Positions 27,500 to 42,350 of a stretch of 64,000 nucleotides of DNA are shown here, piece after piece. The translations under genes were made by a program, and so were the position numbers. Source of the stretch: Eledone cirrhosa (Eukaryota); contig OZ024741.1 of NCBI GenBank assembly GCA_964016885.1, positions 303,924,001-303,988,000 on the forward strand. Reading direction: 5' to 3'. A model generated the notes under the pieces. The model had not been told where the DNA came from, did no database searches, and saw only the letters and a list, made by a program, of their open reading frames with translations. The first letter of the stretch is position 1; every line of letters begins with the position of its first letter.

Positions 27500-30400
27500 G
27501 CCACCACCACAAACACCACCACCACAAACACCACCACCACAAACACCACCACCACAAACATCACCACCACAAACACCACCACCACAAACACCACCACCAC
27601 CACAAACACCACCACCACCACAAACACCACCACCACAAACACCACCACCACAAACACCACCACCACAAACACCACCACCACAAACACCACCACCACAAAC
27701 ACCACCACCACCACAAACACCACCACCACAAACACCACCACCACCACAAACACCACCACCACAAACACCACCACCACCACAAACACCACCACCACCACAA
27801 ACACCACCACCACCACAAACACCACCACCACCACAAACACCACCACCACAAACACCACCACCACAAACACCACCACCACCACAAACACCACCACCACAAA
27901 CACCACCACCACCACAAACACCACCACCACCACAAACACCACCACCACAAACACCACCACCACAAACACCACCACCACAAACACCACCACCACAAACACC
28001 ACCACCACAAACACCACCACCACCACAAACACCACCACCACAAACACCACCACCACCACAAACACCACCACCACAAACACCACCACCACCACAAACACCA
28101 CCACCACCACAAACACCACCACCACCACAAACACCACCACCACCACAAACACCACCACCACAAACACCACCACCACAAACACCACCACCACCACAAACAC
28201 CACCACCACAAACACCACCACCACCACAAACACCAACACCACCACAAACACCACCACCACAAACACCACCACCACAAACACCACCACCACCACAAACACC
28301 ACCACCACAAACACCACCACCACAAACACCACCACCACAAACACCACCACCACCACAAACACCACCACCACAAACACCACCACCACAAACACCACCACCA
28401 CAAACACCACCACCACAAACACCACCACCACCACAAACACCACCACCACAAACACCACCACCACCACAAACACCACCACCACAAACACCACCACCACAAA
28501 CACCACCACCACCACAAACACCACCACCACAAACACCACCACCACCTCAAACACCACCACCACAAACACCACCACCACCACAAACACCACCACCACAAAC
28601 ACCACCACCACCACAAACACCACCACCACAAACACCACCACCACCACAAACACCACCACCACAAACACCACCACCACCAGAAACACCACCACCACAAACA
28701 CCACCACCACCACAAACACCACCACCACAAACACCACCACCACAAACACCACCACCACCACAAACACCACCACCACCACAAACACCACCACCACAAACAC
28801 CACCACCACAAACACCACCACCACCACAAACACCACCACCACAAACACCACCACCACCACAAACACCACCACCACAAACACCACCACCACAAACACCACC
28901 ACCACCACAAACACCACCACCACAAACACCACCACCACAAACACCACCACCACAAACACCACCACCACCACAAACACCACCACCACAAACACCACCACCA
29001 CAAACACCACCACCACAAACACCACCACCACAAACACCACCACCACAAACACCACCACCACAAACACCACCACCACCACAAACACCACCACCACCACAAA
29101 CACCACCACCACAAACACCACCACCACAAACACCACCACCACCACAAACACCACCACCACAAACACCACCACCACAAACACCACCACCACCACAAACACC
29201 ACCACCACAAACACCACCACCACCACAAACACCACCACCACAAACACCACCACCACAAACACCACCACCACAAACACCACCACCACCACAAACACCACCA
29301 CCACAAACACCACCACCACAAACACCACCACCACAAACACCACCACCACAAACACCACCACCACAAACACCACCACCACCACAAACACCACCACCACAAA
29401 CACCACCACCACCACAAACACCACCACCACAAACACCACCACCACAAACACCACCACCACCACAAACACCACCACCACAAACACCACCACCACCTCAAAC
29501 ACCACCACCACAAACACCACCACCACCACAAACACCACCACCACAAACACCACCACCACCACAAACACCACCACCACAAACACCACCACCACCACAAACA
29601 CCACCACCACAAACACCACCACCACCAGAAACACCACCACCACAAACACCACCACCACCACAAACACCACCACCACAAACACCACCACCACAAACACCAC
29701 CACCACCACAAACACCACCACCACCACAAACACCACCACCACAAACACCACCACCACAAACACCACCACCACCACAAACACCACCACCACAAACACCACC
29801 ACCACAAACACCACCACCACCACAAACACCACCACCACAAACACCACCACCACCACAAACACCACCACCACAAACACCACCACCACCACAAACACCACCA
29901 CCACAAACACCACCACCACCACAAACACCACCACCACAAACACCACCACCACAAACACCACCACCACCACAAACACCACCACCACAAACACCACCACCAC
30001 AAACACCACCACCACAAACACCACCACCACAAACACCACCACCACAAACACCACCACCACAAACACCACCACCACCACAAACACCACCACCACAAACACC
30101 ACCACCACCACAAACACCACCACCACAAACACCACCACCACCACAAACACCACCACCACAAACACCACCACCACAAACACCACCACCACCACAAACACCA
30201 CCACCACCACAAACACCACCACCACCACAAACACCACCACCACAAACACCACCACAAACACCACCACCACAAACACCACCACCACCACAAACACCACCAC
30301 CACAAACACCACCACCACAAACACCACCACCACCACAAACACCACCACCACAAACACCACCACCACAAACACCACCACCACCACAAACACCACCACCACA

Positions 30401-30668
30401 AACACCACCACCACAAACACCACCACCACAAACACCACCACCACAAACACCACCACCACAAACACCACCACCACCACAAACACCACCACCACAAACACCA
30501 CCACCACCACAAACACCACCACCACAAACACCACCACCACAAACACCACCACCACCACAAACACCACCACCACAAACACCACCACCACAAACACCACCAC
30601 CACAAACACCACCACCACCACAAACACCACCACCACAAACACCACCACCACAAACACCACCACCAACA
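27500..30668. repeat. Satellite of AAA(CAC)4-5 units (15/18 bp), about 3.2 kb
   Basis: Direct reading; produces the spurious poly-H/K, P/Q/T, V/F and W/C ORFs. Confidence 0.98.
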
Positions 30669-30826
30669 TAAACGAAACCCACTTTCTCTATCTCACCTCC
30701 TACAACTGTTACTCAATAATTGTTTTCCTCTTTCTGGCGTTATGCCTATCTCACCCCACCCCCACAGTATCTCTACTGCCACCTCCTCTACCACGATACC
30801 ACGCCTTTCATTCTTTCTCTCTCTCA

Positions 30827-30858
<32 letters not shown>

Positions 30859-31143
30859 ATTTATCTATCTTTATCTATAAACACCACCACCACCACAAAC
30901 AAACACCACCACCACTCTCTCACTCGCTCGCTCTCTCTCTCACTCTTGCTCTCTTGTTCTCTCAACCGCTTTCTCGCTCTCTCTTACTCTCTCGCTCGCT
31001 CTCTCCCTCTCTCTTTCTCTCAACCGCTTTCTCGCTCTCTCACTCTTGCTCTCTGTCTCTCAACCACTCTCTCTCTCTCTCAGTCTTGCTATCTCTCAAC
31101 CGCTCTCTCTCTTTCACTCTTTCAAACATCTTCATCTCAGCAC

Positions 31144-31190
31144 CACGTGGCCTGCTGTGACGACAGGAGCGGCACGTGCCGGCTATAAAA
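31144..31190 (+). promoter_or_regulatory. Candidate ptf1a core promoter: two CACGTG E-boxes and a TATAAAA box
   Basis: CACGTG 31144-31149; palindrome GGCACGTGCC 31171-31180; TATAAAA 31184-31190; a GC-rich unique island between repeats, 1.3 kb upstream of the ATG. Confidence 0.5.
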
Positions 31191-31474
31191 ACCACAGTTC
31201 GACCCGAGTCGCGTGCCACACGCTTGTTAAGACAGGCTGGAATCGCGTTACGAAACTGTCGTGATAGGATATAGTAAGAAACATGTAAATGACACTCAGA
31301 CACACACAAAGAGCTATATACACATACATACACAACATACATACATTACATACATACATACATACATACATACATTACATACAAACGTAATACATACATA
31401 CATACATAATATATACATACATACATACACACACACATATATACATAATACATACATACATACACACATCCATC

Positions 31475-31544
<70 letters not shown>

Positions 31545-32487
31545 TACAGACACACGCGAGCGCGCACACACACACATACGTATGCGCGGCTTTTCTCCCT
31601 GAAGGTGTCCGAATCAAAGTACTCTTACCTGGATTTGAACCCAAACATTTGTAATTTGTTTATTTTTTAGTTTTGTTTTCTCCTCTTATTTTTTTTAGTA
31701 TTTTATTATAATTTACCAATGCTATAAAAACAAAATCACAAAACGTGGAACAATCCTTAACTATATACGACTTAAAAAAACAAAGAGAAAAAGAAAATAC
31801 TGGAAAACAAAAATACTGGAAAAAAAAACATTCTGAATAACGAAAGATGGGAAGAAAGCAAAGGAAAATAGAAAGAAAATAAAAATAATAAAGCAAAAAT
31901 AAAGAAATTGGAAAGGAAAGCAAACATAAAACCATATTTAAAACATTATTTAGCATATTTAAATTTCTTATTGATTATTTTAATGATTTTTTTTTTATTT
32001 ATTTAAATATTTAAATATTTGATAGATTTTAAACATTATTACTTAAGTATCGTCTGCTGGTAATTTTTAAGACAAATCGCTTCCAAATCGATATTTCAGA
32101 TAAGTTACACCTTTATTTTAATTATTAATACTGTATCAATACACACATACACCTACATATACACATACACACCTACATACACACACACATACATACATAC
32201 ATACATACATACATACATACATACATACATACATACATACATACATACATACATACATACACACTCTGATACACGACATATACCTGTAACTTTATATATA
32301 TATATATATATATAAGTGTTTGTGTGTATATATATATATATATAAAGTGTGTGTGTATATATATATACACACAATAGGTATAATAAGTATATATTATATA
32401 CATATTCATATACAAAGGGGAAATAGGTTTTTATTTAAAAAGAAAGACAGTGAAACGTATAAAAAAGATATCAGAACATCATCAAAT

Positions 32488-33163
32488 ATGTCGATGATGG
32501 AAAACTACTTATGTGGTTTCGAAAAAGAACTGCTTGACTTTTGCTATGAGAGTGTCGGGTCATACGACACAGGCTTTGAAGAGGATTTCCTTGACGATTC
32601 TCCCTTCGGCTCCAACGGAGAGGAAAATGACTGTTCCGATCTGGAAAACAGTTTGCAGACGTATGTCTCATTGGATGATGGATACTCGGCTTTCATTGAT
32701 AGGACTATCGATCTTGGTATGGGCGTTGGTGACGTTGGCGTTGGCTGTGTCGGCAGCGTTGGCAGTGGTGGAGGCGGTGTTATTGATGGAGGAGAGGAAG
32801 AGGACGAAGATGAATACGAAGAAGAAGAAATATCTGGCCGGAGAAAAGCTGGATTCGGGCCAATACGAGGAAAACCGGTGAGGAAAGCCTTACAGAGACG
32901 GGCGGCGAACATGCGCGAGAGGCGACGTATGAAATCCATCAACGATGCATTCGATAAGCTGCGCACGTGCATACCGGACACGGTGACCACGGAACGGCGT
33001 CTCTCCAAAGTGGACACGCTCCGGTTGGCCATACGCTATATTGAATACTTGAGCGATCTAGTACAAAGCTGTAACGAGTACGGGGCAGACAAAAGGATGA
33101 CGAAAAGCCCAAGACATCAGGAGAAGGTGATAATGTGGTGCCACCTGACGACACAAACCGAGG
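32488..33163 (+). CDS. ptf1a: Ptf1a-family bHLH transcription factor, coding exon 1
   Basis: b[31 protein letters not shown]...[22 protein letters not shown]; acidic N-terminus; post-helix KVIMWCH matches the PTF1A KVIICH motif; donor G|GTAAGT at 33163/33164; start could also be a following ATG. Confidence 0.9.
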
Positions 33164-33257
33164 GTAAGTGTTACCAAATTACCATTTTCTAATTCGTCCT
33201 GTCTTTATTTTAATTTCGGCATTTTTCTTATTTTTTATATATATGTGTGTGTATGTG

Positions 33258-33343
<86 letters not shown>

Positions 33344-33384
33344 CACACACATATATATAAAAAATAAGAAAATATATATATATA

Positions 33385-33564
<180 letters not shown>

Positions 33565-33567
33565 TAT

Positions 33568-33659
<92 letters not shown>

Positions 33660-33711
33660 GATTTACACCTGAATAAACTTAATGATTATTTGACACCTCG
33701 TCCCTACTTAT

Positions 33712-33745
<34 letters not shown>

Positions 33746-33784
33746 GCACACACATATATGTATATATATATATATACACACACA

Positions 33785-33837
<53 letters not shown>

Positions 33838-33845
33838 CGCTAACA

Positions 33846-33935
33846 AAAGTCTGATGAGCTTTTTATTCTTGAGCCGGGCCTGATCGATACAGATCGAACC
33901 TTGAGCTGATCAATCGTGAAACGCGTGTCACACAC
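33846..33935 (+). ncRNA. Hammerhead-like motif, same family as 19100-19172, in the ptf1a intron
   Basis: GT CTGATGA GC..GT GAAACGCGTGTC|AC; CTGATGA 33851, GAAA 33918. Confidence 0.58.
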
Positions 33936-33978
33936 ACCTAAATAAACGTAATGAAAATTTGGCACCTCAACCATATCC

Positions 33979-34054
<76 letters not shown>

Positions 34055-34099
34055 AATATGGATATGGTTAACGTGCCATATATATTATATATATATATA

Positions 34100-34181
34100 C
34101 ACAGGGTATTCCAAAAAATGTATACATATTTTTATTAGAATGTTGTTGAAGTGTGTATACACCTTTTGGGGACACCCTGTG
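34100..34181. mobile_element. 82-bp Tc1/mariner-type mini-MITE
   Basis: TA-CACAGGGT...ACCCTGTG-TA with imperfect arms of about 30 bp. Confidence 0.65.
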
Positions 34182-34270
34182 TATAGATATGTATATATAT
34201 ATATATATATTAGAAAGTGAGGTTTTTTTACAAAATGAAAAATAACCGAGGTGTCCTACATGAATGAAAG

Positions 34271-34482
34271 TATAAAGAAAAAAAGATGAAATCGAAAATG
34301 CAACTGGAGTCTTATTTTTAAAAATATATATATATTTATTTGGTTTTTAAACCACAGACCCTCCATCTCAACTCTACTTTTGAAAAGCAGAAGAACTGCG
34401 AAACCGGTAAAGGAACCAAATAAATATATATATTTTTTTTTAAAATAAGACTCCAGTTGCATTTTCAATTTCATCTTTTTTT

Positions 34483-34488
<6 letters not shown>
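34271..34488. repeat. Inverted repeat, arms about 75 bp
   Basis: tataaagaaaaaaagatgaaa...ttatttggtt versus aaccaaataa...tttcatcttttttctttata. Confidence 0.85.
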
Positions 34489-34534
<46 letters not shown>

Positions 34535-34574
34535 CTATGTAGCTATGTATCTATGTAAGTATGTATGTATGTCT

Positions 34575-34850
34575 TCTGGGAGTGAAGGACCCCTAGCCTT
34601 TGTCAGGGCATTCTTCTTGGAGAAAGCAAGTCAGTAAACTGGGATAACTCCGACATAAAACCTGCGGCTCAGTAGTTACCGATGATGTTGATTTTTTCTT
34701 CTTTTCGGGTTATAGCTACTGTCGCTCAGAGAGTGGGATTGGCTCAGTGCACAGTCTTTCCTCACTTTAAAAAATCTTCACGCACAGGAATTGCACGTGA
34801 GAATTAATTAATAATTATTAATAATGTTATATTGTGCAATGGCCATCATG
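34575..34850 (+). mobile_element. Related RTE-tailed non-autonomous element, second subfamily
   Basis: Shares GAGAGTGGGATTGGC...GTGCA...TTTCCTCACT...CTTCA.GCACAGG and ends GGCCATCATGTATGT; sister copy at 38722-38965 (minus), diverged one at 43150-43450 (minus). Confidence 0.7.
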
Positions 34851-34989
34851 TATGTCTTATGAATTATCGAAGCCAGCCCAGTAACATGATAACAGCTTAA
34901 ATCACCCATAGTGAAACTCATATGTTTATTATACTACTTCTCGGAATTGAGAGATCACAGCTCCGATACTAATGGATACATATGGTTAG

Positions 34990-35323
34990 AAATGTCTCAG
35001 TAAAGAATCGTTGGACAGATTTTTATACGGGCAAAAACCAACCGACAGGAGATCAAAAGGCAGATCTCTCCGAGCAAGATGGTTGGATAACATCCATCAG
35101 CTTGGCTGGTCTCGCTTGGGGGGATCCAACCGGCGGATCAGTTGGAGACGGTTGCTTCTGGCAGGAACCGCTGGAGGGAGTGTTTGCGGACTCTGTCCCT
35201 CCACGTCTCTCTCAAGAAGAAGAAGAAGAAGAAGAAGAAGAAGAAGAAGAAGAAGAAGAAGAAGAAGAAGAAGAAGAAGAAGAAGAAGAAGAAGAAGAAG
35301 AAGAAGAAGAAGAAGAAGAAGAA
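34990..35323 (+). mobile_element. Short LINE 3' remnant with a (GAA)n tail; relatives at 36064-36280 (plus) and 61705-61880 (minus)
   Basis: KGRSLRARWLDNI...A..RNRWRECL, GRPRTRWLDII...WKAL, typical of RTE-group C-termini. Confidence 0.55.
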
Positions 35324-36769
35324 GGGAGTGCCTTAATATCCAGCTCTATTATGAATCACGTTATGTTAGTGCTACTAGCAATAATACTGATCTCTAGGTT
35401 GTTTTTCTGCTAGATGTGTGTTTCGTAATGTATCTATCAATATATACAGATGTATGAAAACTACATGTTTGACATACGCGTGGCCCAGTGGTAAGAGTGT
35501 TGGACATACGATCATAATTGTTTCTACTTTTGGCACAAGGCCAGCAATTATTCCAGTGTATTACTGGTACTTTATTTTATCGACCCCGTAAGGATAAAAG
35601 GCAAAGTTAACCTCGGCGGGATTTTTATATTCATAATATATTGTATATTATATGTATAATATCATTATATATATATTATGATATATACAATATTATTATA
35701 TATTATATATATATAATATATCATATATTATATATATAATATATCATATATTATATATATAATATATAATATATTATTTATTATATATTATATATTATAT
35801 ATATTATATATTATATATATAATATATTATATATTATATATATAATATATTATATATATAATATATTATATATATAACATTATACATAGGATAATATAGA
35901 GTGAGGCATACTATTTCTGAAAAGACGCTGGAATGCATTTTATCTCATAGGTCTGCTTGATCAGGGACTTCTTGGGGTTAAATAACAGTTTCTAATTTTG
36001 GTCCAATGCCAGCAATTTAGGGGAAAGGGGAAAATCGATTTAAATCGACCAAGGTAATTGACAGGCAGGCCCCGCACTAGATGGCTGGATATCATCAAGG
36101 AAGATCTCCAGAGGCTCGACATCGCCATGGAGGATGCAGAGGGTTGGCACGGGACCACCAGTGATGGAAGGCACTGATGTACTTGGTCGGCTCTATACAT
36201 GATGATGCTTCTGTAATCACTGACCTAGGATGACCCCTGTCTCATAGAGCAAGAACAAGAAGAAGGAAGAAGAAAGAAGACAAGTAAATGACTGGTACTT
36301 TATTCTATCGACCTCGGAAGAATGAAAATCAAAGTTGACCTTGGCGAGATTGAACTCAGAACATAGAAACCCGGAAGAAATAACCCAAATAATATGTATA
36401 AAACCTTTCAAAATACAATGCAGGGTGGCGATTTTTTTAAGATTCACCCAGCCCGCCGCCCTCTTGCGGCTAAATAACAATTACATCATTCTCATTATTC
36501 TTTCGTCACCGAATATAGTTGTCTTTCTTGTCAACTTAAATTGCACAGATCGATTTGCAGCCGGTCAAGCATTTTTTATTTATGTATTTTATTGTTGCTG
36601 CTTTTTTCTTTCTTTTTTTTTTTGGCATATCTTACACTGCTTATATGTGTGTATGTGTATGTGTCACTGGTTTTTTTTTTCGTGTGTATGTGTCTATGTG
36701 CGTATATTTGAGTGTGTGTGTGTGTGTGTGTGTGTGCATATATGCATACATACACAAATACATGATGGC

Positions 36770-37990
36770 TGCATCTCGATTTCAAGACTTGCCACCACCT
36801 GATCCCTCTCTCACACATGTGTGGCACAAATATGACTCTTTAGCTCTAACAAGGGTTTACATTCCTTTCTGCATATATTGAAGTGATGAACTTACTTCCA
36901 CTTTAGCTCCCTGTTTTGTTTGTTGAGTTTTCAAATGTCGTTGGCGTCCGCCGGCCGAGACACAGTGTTTTCCGCACATCCGACAGGAAGAAATACCAAA
37001 GAGACCATAATTAACAACATATTGTACGTGACATCTATGATGACTTCTAAGACCATCTTTACTGAAGCACATCCGGCCACACTCATTGCACATAAAGTCA
37101 TTTGGGGCATCTGAAAATCTAGATAAAGTAATATTGTGTAGACTCTTACTCAGACCCTCTTTGACTTTTCCTGCTCTGCACGAGATTTTTCAGATTCATA
37201 TTTTCCATTAAAAACAATTTTCCTCTAGGATGATCAATTTAAGACAATGCCTTTCCAGTTATCTTCTCTTATTTTTGAGTTTATCAGCTCTTTGATGCAG
37301 TTTTTATACCTGAGTTTTGGTTTATGCCTTGGCCATTTGCCTTTGACTATCTCCCCGTACAGCAACTGCCTAGGAATACGATGGTCTGGCATTCCTACAA
37401 CATGGCCACTCCACCACAATCTTTATTGAATTGTTAGAGAATCAATACTTTCAACATGACTTCGTTCCAGCACTTCAACATCACTCATATGAGATTGTCA
37501 ATGGATACCAAGTATTCGGCGAAGACACTGTTGATGTTCAAGTATTTTTTATATTCAGTGGTATGTGACTCAAGTTTCACATGCATATATCAATAAAAAC
37601 AATATACATGATCTGTACACCTTTAACTTTGTATCAACGGAATTTCCACGTCGAACCCAGAGACACCTATATAATTTGCTCAAAGATTCACTTGTTCTCT
37701 TTAGTCGTAAAGAGATTTTATCACCAAGGGTGTTTGTTATGTTAACTGTGCTGCCTAAATACAGATTTATCCACAACCTTCAATGTTTTGCCATACACAT
37801 AAATGCTAATTACCACAAACATATTTGGAGTTTGTCTTTTATAAAACACCACCATCAATGCATCTTTCCAGTCTTGGGGAACGCTTTCTTTATCCAAACC
37901 TTACGTATCAGATTTCAGTACTCAGCACAAATACCATCCCTCCACGGCGATTTTCCATTATTGAGTTGTTTTCTAACCACTTTCATTTCC
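36770..37990 (-). mobile_element. Degraded RTE LINE 3' fragment with C2H2-like zinc-finger tail
   Basis: YLGST, TKLKVYRSC..LIYACET, WSGHVVGMPDHRIPRQLLYGE, CNECGRMCFSKDGLRSHHRCH; ends GCAGCCATCATGTAT. Confidence 0.8.
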
Positions 37991-38202
37991 TACAATGTAA
38001 GACTTTCTACTAGTACATCATTTGTAGGCCAACCCACAAACAAACATACATACATACATACATACATACATACATACATACATACATACGTACGTACGTA
38101 CGTACGTACGTACATACATACATACATACATACATACATACATACATACATACATACATACATACATACATACATACATACATACATACATACATACATA
38201 CA

Positions 38203-38715
38203 TCTGGAACCCACTTCGGAAAACAAAATTAACAACAAACGAGGAAGAATATATTGAGACAGATGGCACTAAGGAATACTGGTGGAACCTGAAAATAAAA
38301 ACTGCCACTAAATTAAAGCACAACCGGCCTGATATTGTTGTTTGGACCACACATTGAAAACGTGTTCTGTTGTGGAGATCAGCTGCCCACTTGTGTAAAC
38401 GTTGTCAGAAAAATACAGGAGAAGAAGGACATCTACGGACCATTGATGAGGAGTTTACAAATCCAGTATCCAAGATACACCTTTAGCTTCATACCCATCA
38501 TTATTGGAGCTACGGGTTATATACCAACCCGCTTGAACCAAAGTATGACTGAACTTGGATTTGCTGATAAAGAGCGCAGCTCCCTAATTCATAGTTTAGC
38601 TGGCACCTTCAAAATTTGCAAACATTCTTGCGATTCAAGGGATGACAATTTCTTTTCTTTTACAACCTTGCCACCAGGAAGGTGGCCGGTCAAAAAAAAT
38701 TTACTCGAAATTAAG
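38203..38715 (+). mobile_element. R4/Dong-like fragment, same family as 15322-16063
   Basis: Near-identical RLE-coding sequence and 3'UTR (ccaggaaggtggccggtcaaaaa); starts at a (CATA)n tract. Confidence 0.85.
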
Positions 38716-38721
38716 ATGATG

Positions 38722-38965
38722 ATGGCTGCCCCCTCGTTATCGAGTATGGCCATTGCACGATATACCATTATTAATAATTATTAATTAATTCTATCGTGCA
38801 ATGCATGTGCGTGAAGATATTTTTAAAAGTGAGGAAAGACTGTGCACTGAGCCAATCCCACTCTCTGAGCGACAGTAGCTATAACCCGAAAAGAAGAAAA
38901 TATCAACATCATCGGTAACTACTGAGCCGCAGGTTTTATATCGGAGTTATCCCAGTTTCCTGAGT
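38722..38965 (-). mobile_element. Second-subfamily RTE-tailed element joined tail-to-tail to an R4-like 3' end
   Basis: Reverse complement of 34640-34850; (CATA)n at its 5' side. Confidence 0.7.
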
Positions 38966-39047
38966 TACATACATACATACATGCAAACAAATAAACATAC
39001 ATACATACATACATACATACATACATACATACATACATACATACATA

Positions 39048-39161
39048 CATGGTGGCTGCCAACTCGTTTTCGAGTACGGCCACTACTTTATATCCATGTA
39101 GGAGAACCCCTACCGATGCGCTGAACGAGTGTGACTTTTTAGTCCAGCCTGCGACTTGAAA
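39048..39161 (-). mobile_element. 5'-truncated 3' end of the same non-autonomous family
   Basis: Matches 43541-43653; (CATA)n on both sides. Confidence 0.8.
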
Positions 39162-39196
39162 CATACATACATACATACATACATACATACATACAT

Positions 39197-39601
39197 TTAT
39201 GCCTGTGATTGTTGGGGCACTGGGATATGTTAGTAACTGCCTCAATACAAATCTTGAGAAGGTAGGCTTCACAGGAACAGAAAGAACACAACTAGTTAGG
39301 AAACTACAAGTACAATCCATTAATGGAACAGTAAAAATATGTAAAACATTCCAAAAATGTTGCATCTAATAACTGCATATACACATGTAGAGATACAAAG
39401 CATATACACATGCACACATACAACTCAAAACATCCACATCCACACATACAATAACACCCATATCTACACATGCATGCATGCAGACATGCAGACATAATCT
39501 ACCTAGTTGATGTGTAAATTCCAATGAGAGTCTTGTGTCTATGTTAGAAACCGACTCACTCTCTATTGGGAAAAAATTTGTGAAATTATAAAACCAGAAG
39601 A
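39197..39601 (+). mobile_element. 3' fragment of a second R4-like family
   Basis: FMPVIVGALGY...GTVKICKTF aligns with IPIIIGATGY...GTFKICKIF of the first family; distinct 3'UTR; (CATA)n on both sides. Confidence 0.7.
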
Positions 39602-39849
39602 ACATACATACATACATACATACATACATACATACATACATACATACATACATACATACATACATACATACATACATACATACATACATACATACATACA
39701 TACAGGTGTATGTGTATTTGTACATATTAGATATATATTAGATAGCTACTATACAGTTCGTCCAAACAAGAATCGATCTTCCAGAGTGCTTAGTTGTCAT
39801 AACAACACTACATTGTACTGGTTCGTGTTGAAGCTCAAATATAACGTAG

Positions 39850-41230
39850 CATAACCACATAAACACAACAACCACATAAATACAACAATGACCATATAAC
39901 CACAACCACATAAACACAACCACATACCACTTAAACACAACCACAACCACCCAACCACTACCACAACCACATAGACACAACCACATACCACTTAAACACA
40001 ACCACAACCACACAACCACTACCACAACCACACAACTACTACCACAAACAACCACATAGACACTACCACAACCATACAACCACATAAACACAACCTCAAC
40101 TACACTGCCACAACCACATAAACAAAAACACAACTACATAAACACAACCACAACCACTCGACCACAACCACACAACCATAACCACGTAAACACAACCACA
40201 ACCACACAACTACAACCACATAGACACAACCACAACCACAGCCACAACAACATAAACACAATCACAACCACACAACTACAACCACATAGACACAACCACA
40301 GCCACGGCCACAACAACATAAACGCAACCACAACCACACAACTACAACCACATAAACACAACCACAGCCACAACCACAACAACATAAACACAACCACAAC
40401 CACACAACTACAACCACATAGACACAACCACAGCCACAGCCACAACAACATAAACACAACCACAACCACACAACTACAACCACATAAACACAACCACAAC
40501 CACACAACTACAACCACATAAACTCAACCACAGCCACAGCCACAACAACATAAACACAACCACAACTAATAACACAAAAACAACCACAACCGCAACAACA
40601 TAAGCACAAGCACACGACCACAGTCACAGCACAACCACAACATAAACACAACCACAACAACCACAATACGACAGCCACAGTTTTACTATACAAACACAAG
40701 CACGACTACACAAACACAACCCAAACTACAATTATACCACTTCACAGTACACTACCCTCCTTAATCATAAACAGGCTTGACAAATATTTGATTTTCAATT
40801 AGCGATATGTATGTATGTGTGGATGTACGTATGTATGTATGTATGTATGTATGTATGTATGTATGTATGTATGTATGTATGTATGTATGTATGTGTGTGT
40901 GTATGTATGTATGTATGTATGTATGTATGTATGTGTATATGTGTGGATGTACGTATGTATGTATGTATGTACATATGTATGTATGTATGTATGTATGTGG
41001 CTGTGGTTGTGTTTGTGTGGTTGTAGTTGTGTGGTTGTGGTTGTGTTTATGTTGTTGTGGCTGCGGTGGTGTTTATGTGGTTCTAGTTGTGTGGTTGTGG
41101 TTGTTTTTATGTTGTTGTGGCTGTGGCTGTGGTTGTGTGGTTGTGGTTATGTTTACGTGGTTATGGTTGTGTGGTTGTGGTCGAGTGGTTGTGGTTGTAT
41201 TTATATAGTTATGTTTTTGTTTATGTGGTT
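39850..41230. repeat. Degenerate CAACCA-based minisatellite (39850-40730) with an inverted copy (40998-41230)
   Basis: Direct reading. Confidence 0.9.
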
Positions 41231-41266
41231 GTCAAGTCACCAGTTGGTGCTACTGGTAACATATAT

Positions 41267-41840
41267 CCCAGTACAACCTGTCCCATGGTCGGGTCGTTGG
41301 CGACTAAACTGGCAACCTCACCAAGGTTTCTTGGTGAGGAGGGTGACTTTGGACATCCTGCAGGACTAAAAACAAAACTTGTCAAAGGGCAAAGGAGCTC
41401 TTAAGAGTCAATGGCCATCCAAAATCACCGGGAGAGATGACCCCTTAGCCTTTGTCAAGGCAGAATTCTAGGAGAAGGAAAACTCTGATATAACACCTGC
41501 AACCCTGATGGTATCCAATGATGTTGACTTGTTCTTCTTTTTGGTAAATATCATCTTGGTTAAGAGAGTGGGACTGACTTTGTACAGTGCCTTTGCTCAC
41601 TATAAAAGCTTCACAGCACAGGCATTGCTTTATATCTGGAGATCTCTCTGCACTTGTCGTCACATGGTACCATGGGCCCAGCACTATGTGTCAATAATTG
41701 TCACAAGTGTAGTGTTTGTACCAGAGTTTTCAAGTCGCTGGCTGGACTAAAAAGTCACACTCGTTCAGCGCATCGGTAGGGGTTCTCTTACATGGATATA
41801 AAGTAGTGGCCGTACTCGAAAACGAGTTGGCAGCCACCAT
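41267..41840 (+). mobile_element. About 570-bp non-autonomous element, copy 2
   Basis: Same sequence as 14645-15203; (ATGT) tail. Confidence 0.8.
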
Positions 41841-41852
41841 GTATGTATGTAT

Positions 41853-42137
41853 GTTCTTCTGGTTTTATAATTTCACAAATTTTTTCCCAATAGAGAGAGA
41901 GTCGGTTTCTAACATAGACACAAGACTCTCTCATTGGAATTTACACATCAACTAGGTAGATTATGTCTGCATGTCTGCATGCATGCATGTGTAGATATGG
42001 GTGTTATTGTATGTGTGGATGTGGATGTTTTGAGTTGTATGTGTGCATGTTTATATGCTTTGTTTCTGTACATGTGTATATGCAGTTATTAGATGCAAAA
42101 TTTTTGGAATGTTTTACATATTTTTACTGTTCCATTA
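41853..42137 (-). mobile_element. Shorter copy of the second R4-like family 3' end
   Basis: Reverse complement of about 39320-39601; (ATGT)n on both sides. Confidence 0.75.
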
Positions 42138-42317
42138 TGTATGTGTGTATGTACGTATGTATGTATGTATGTATGTATGTATGTATGTATGTATGTGTGG
42201 ATGTACGTATGTATGTATGTGTGTATGTATGTGCGGATGTACGTATGTATGTATGTGTATGTATGTATGTATGTATGTATATGTGTATGTACGTATGTAT
42301 GTGTGTGTGTGTGTGTA

Positions 42318-42350
<33 letters not shown>

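Noticed and set aside
27500-30668. Interstitial telomeric array
   Set aside because: The unit is not TTAGGG or any telomere repeat I recognise
27172-31188. 1338-aa His/Lys-rich ORF and overlapping ORFs over 1000 aa
   Set aside because: Stop-free satellite open in several frames on both strands; no coding signature
32320-33192. Single-exon 290-aa bHLH ORF as given in the track
   Set aside because: Starts at a non-ATG codon in a microsatellite and reads through a consensus donor; the two-exon model recovers the family C-terminal motifs
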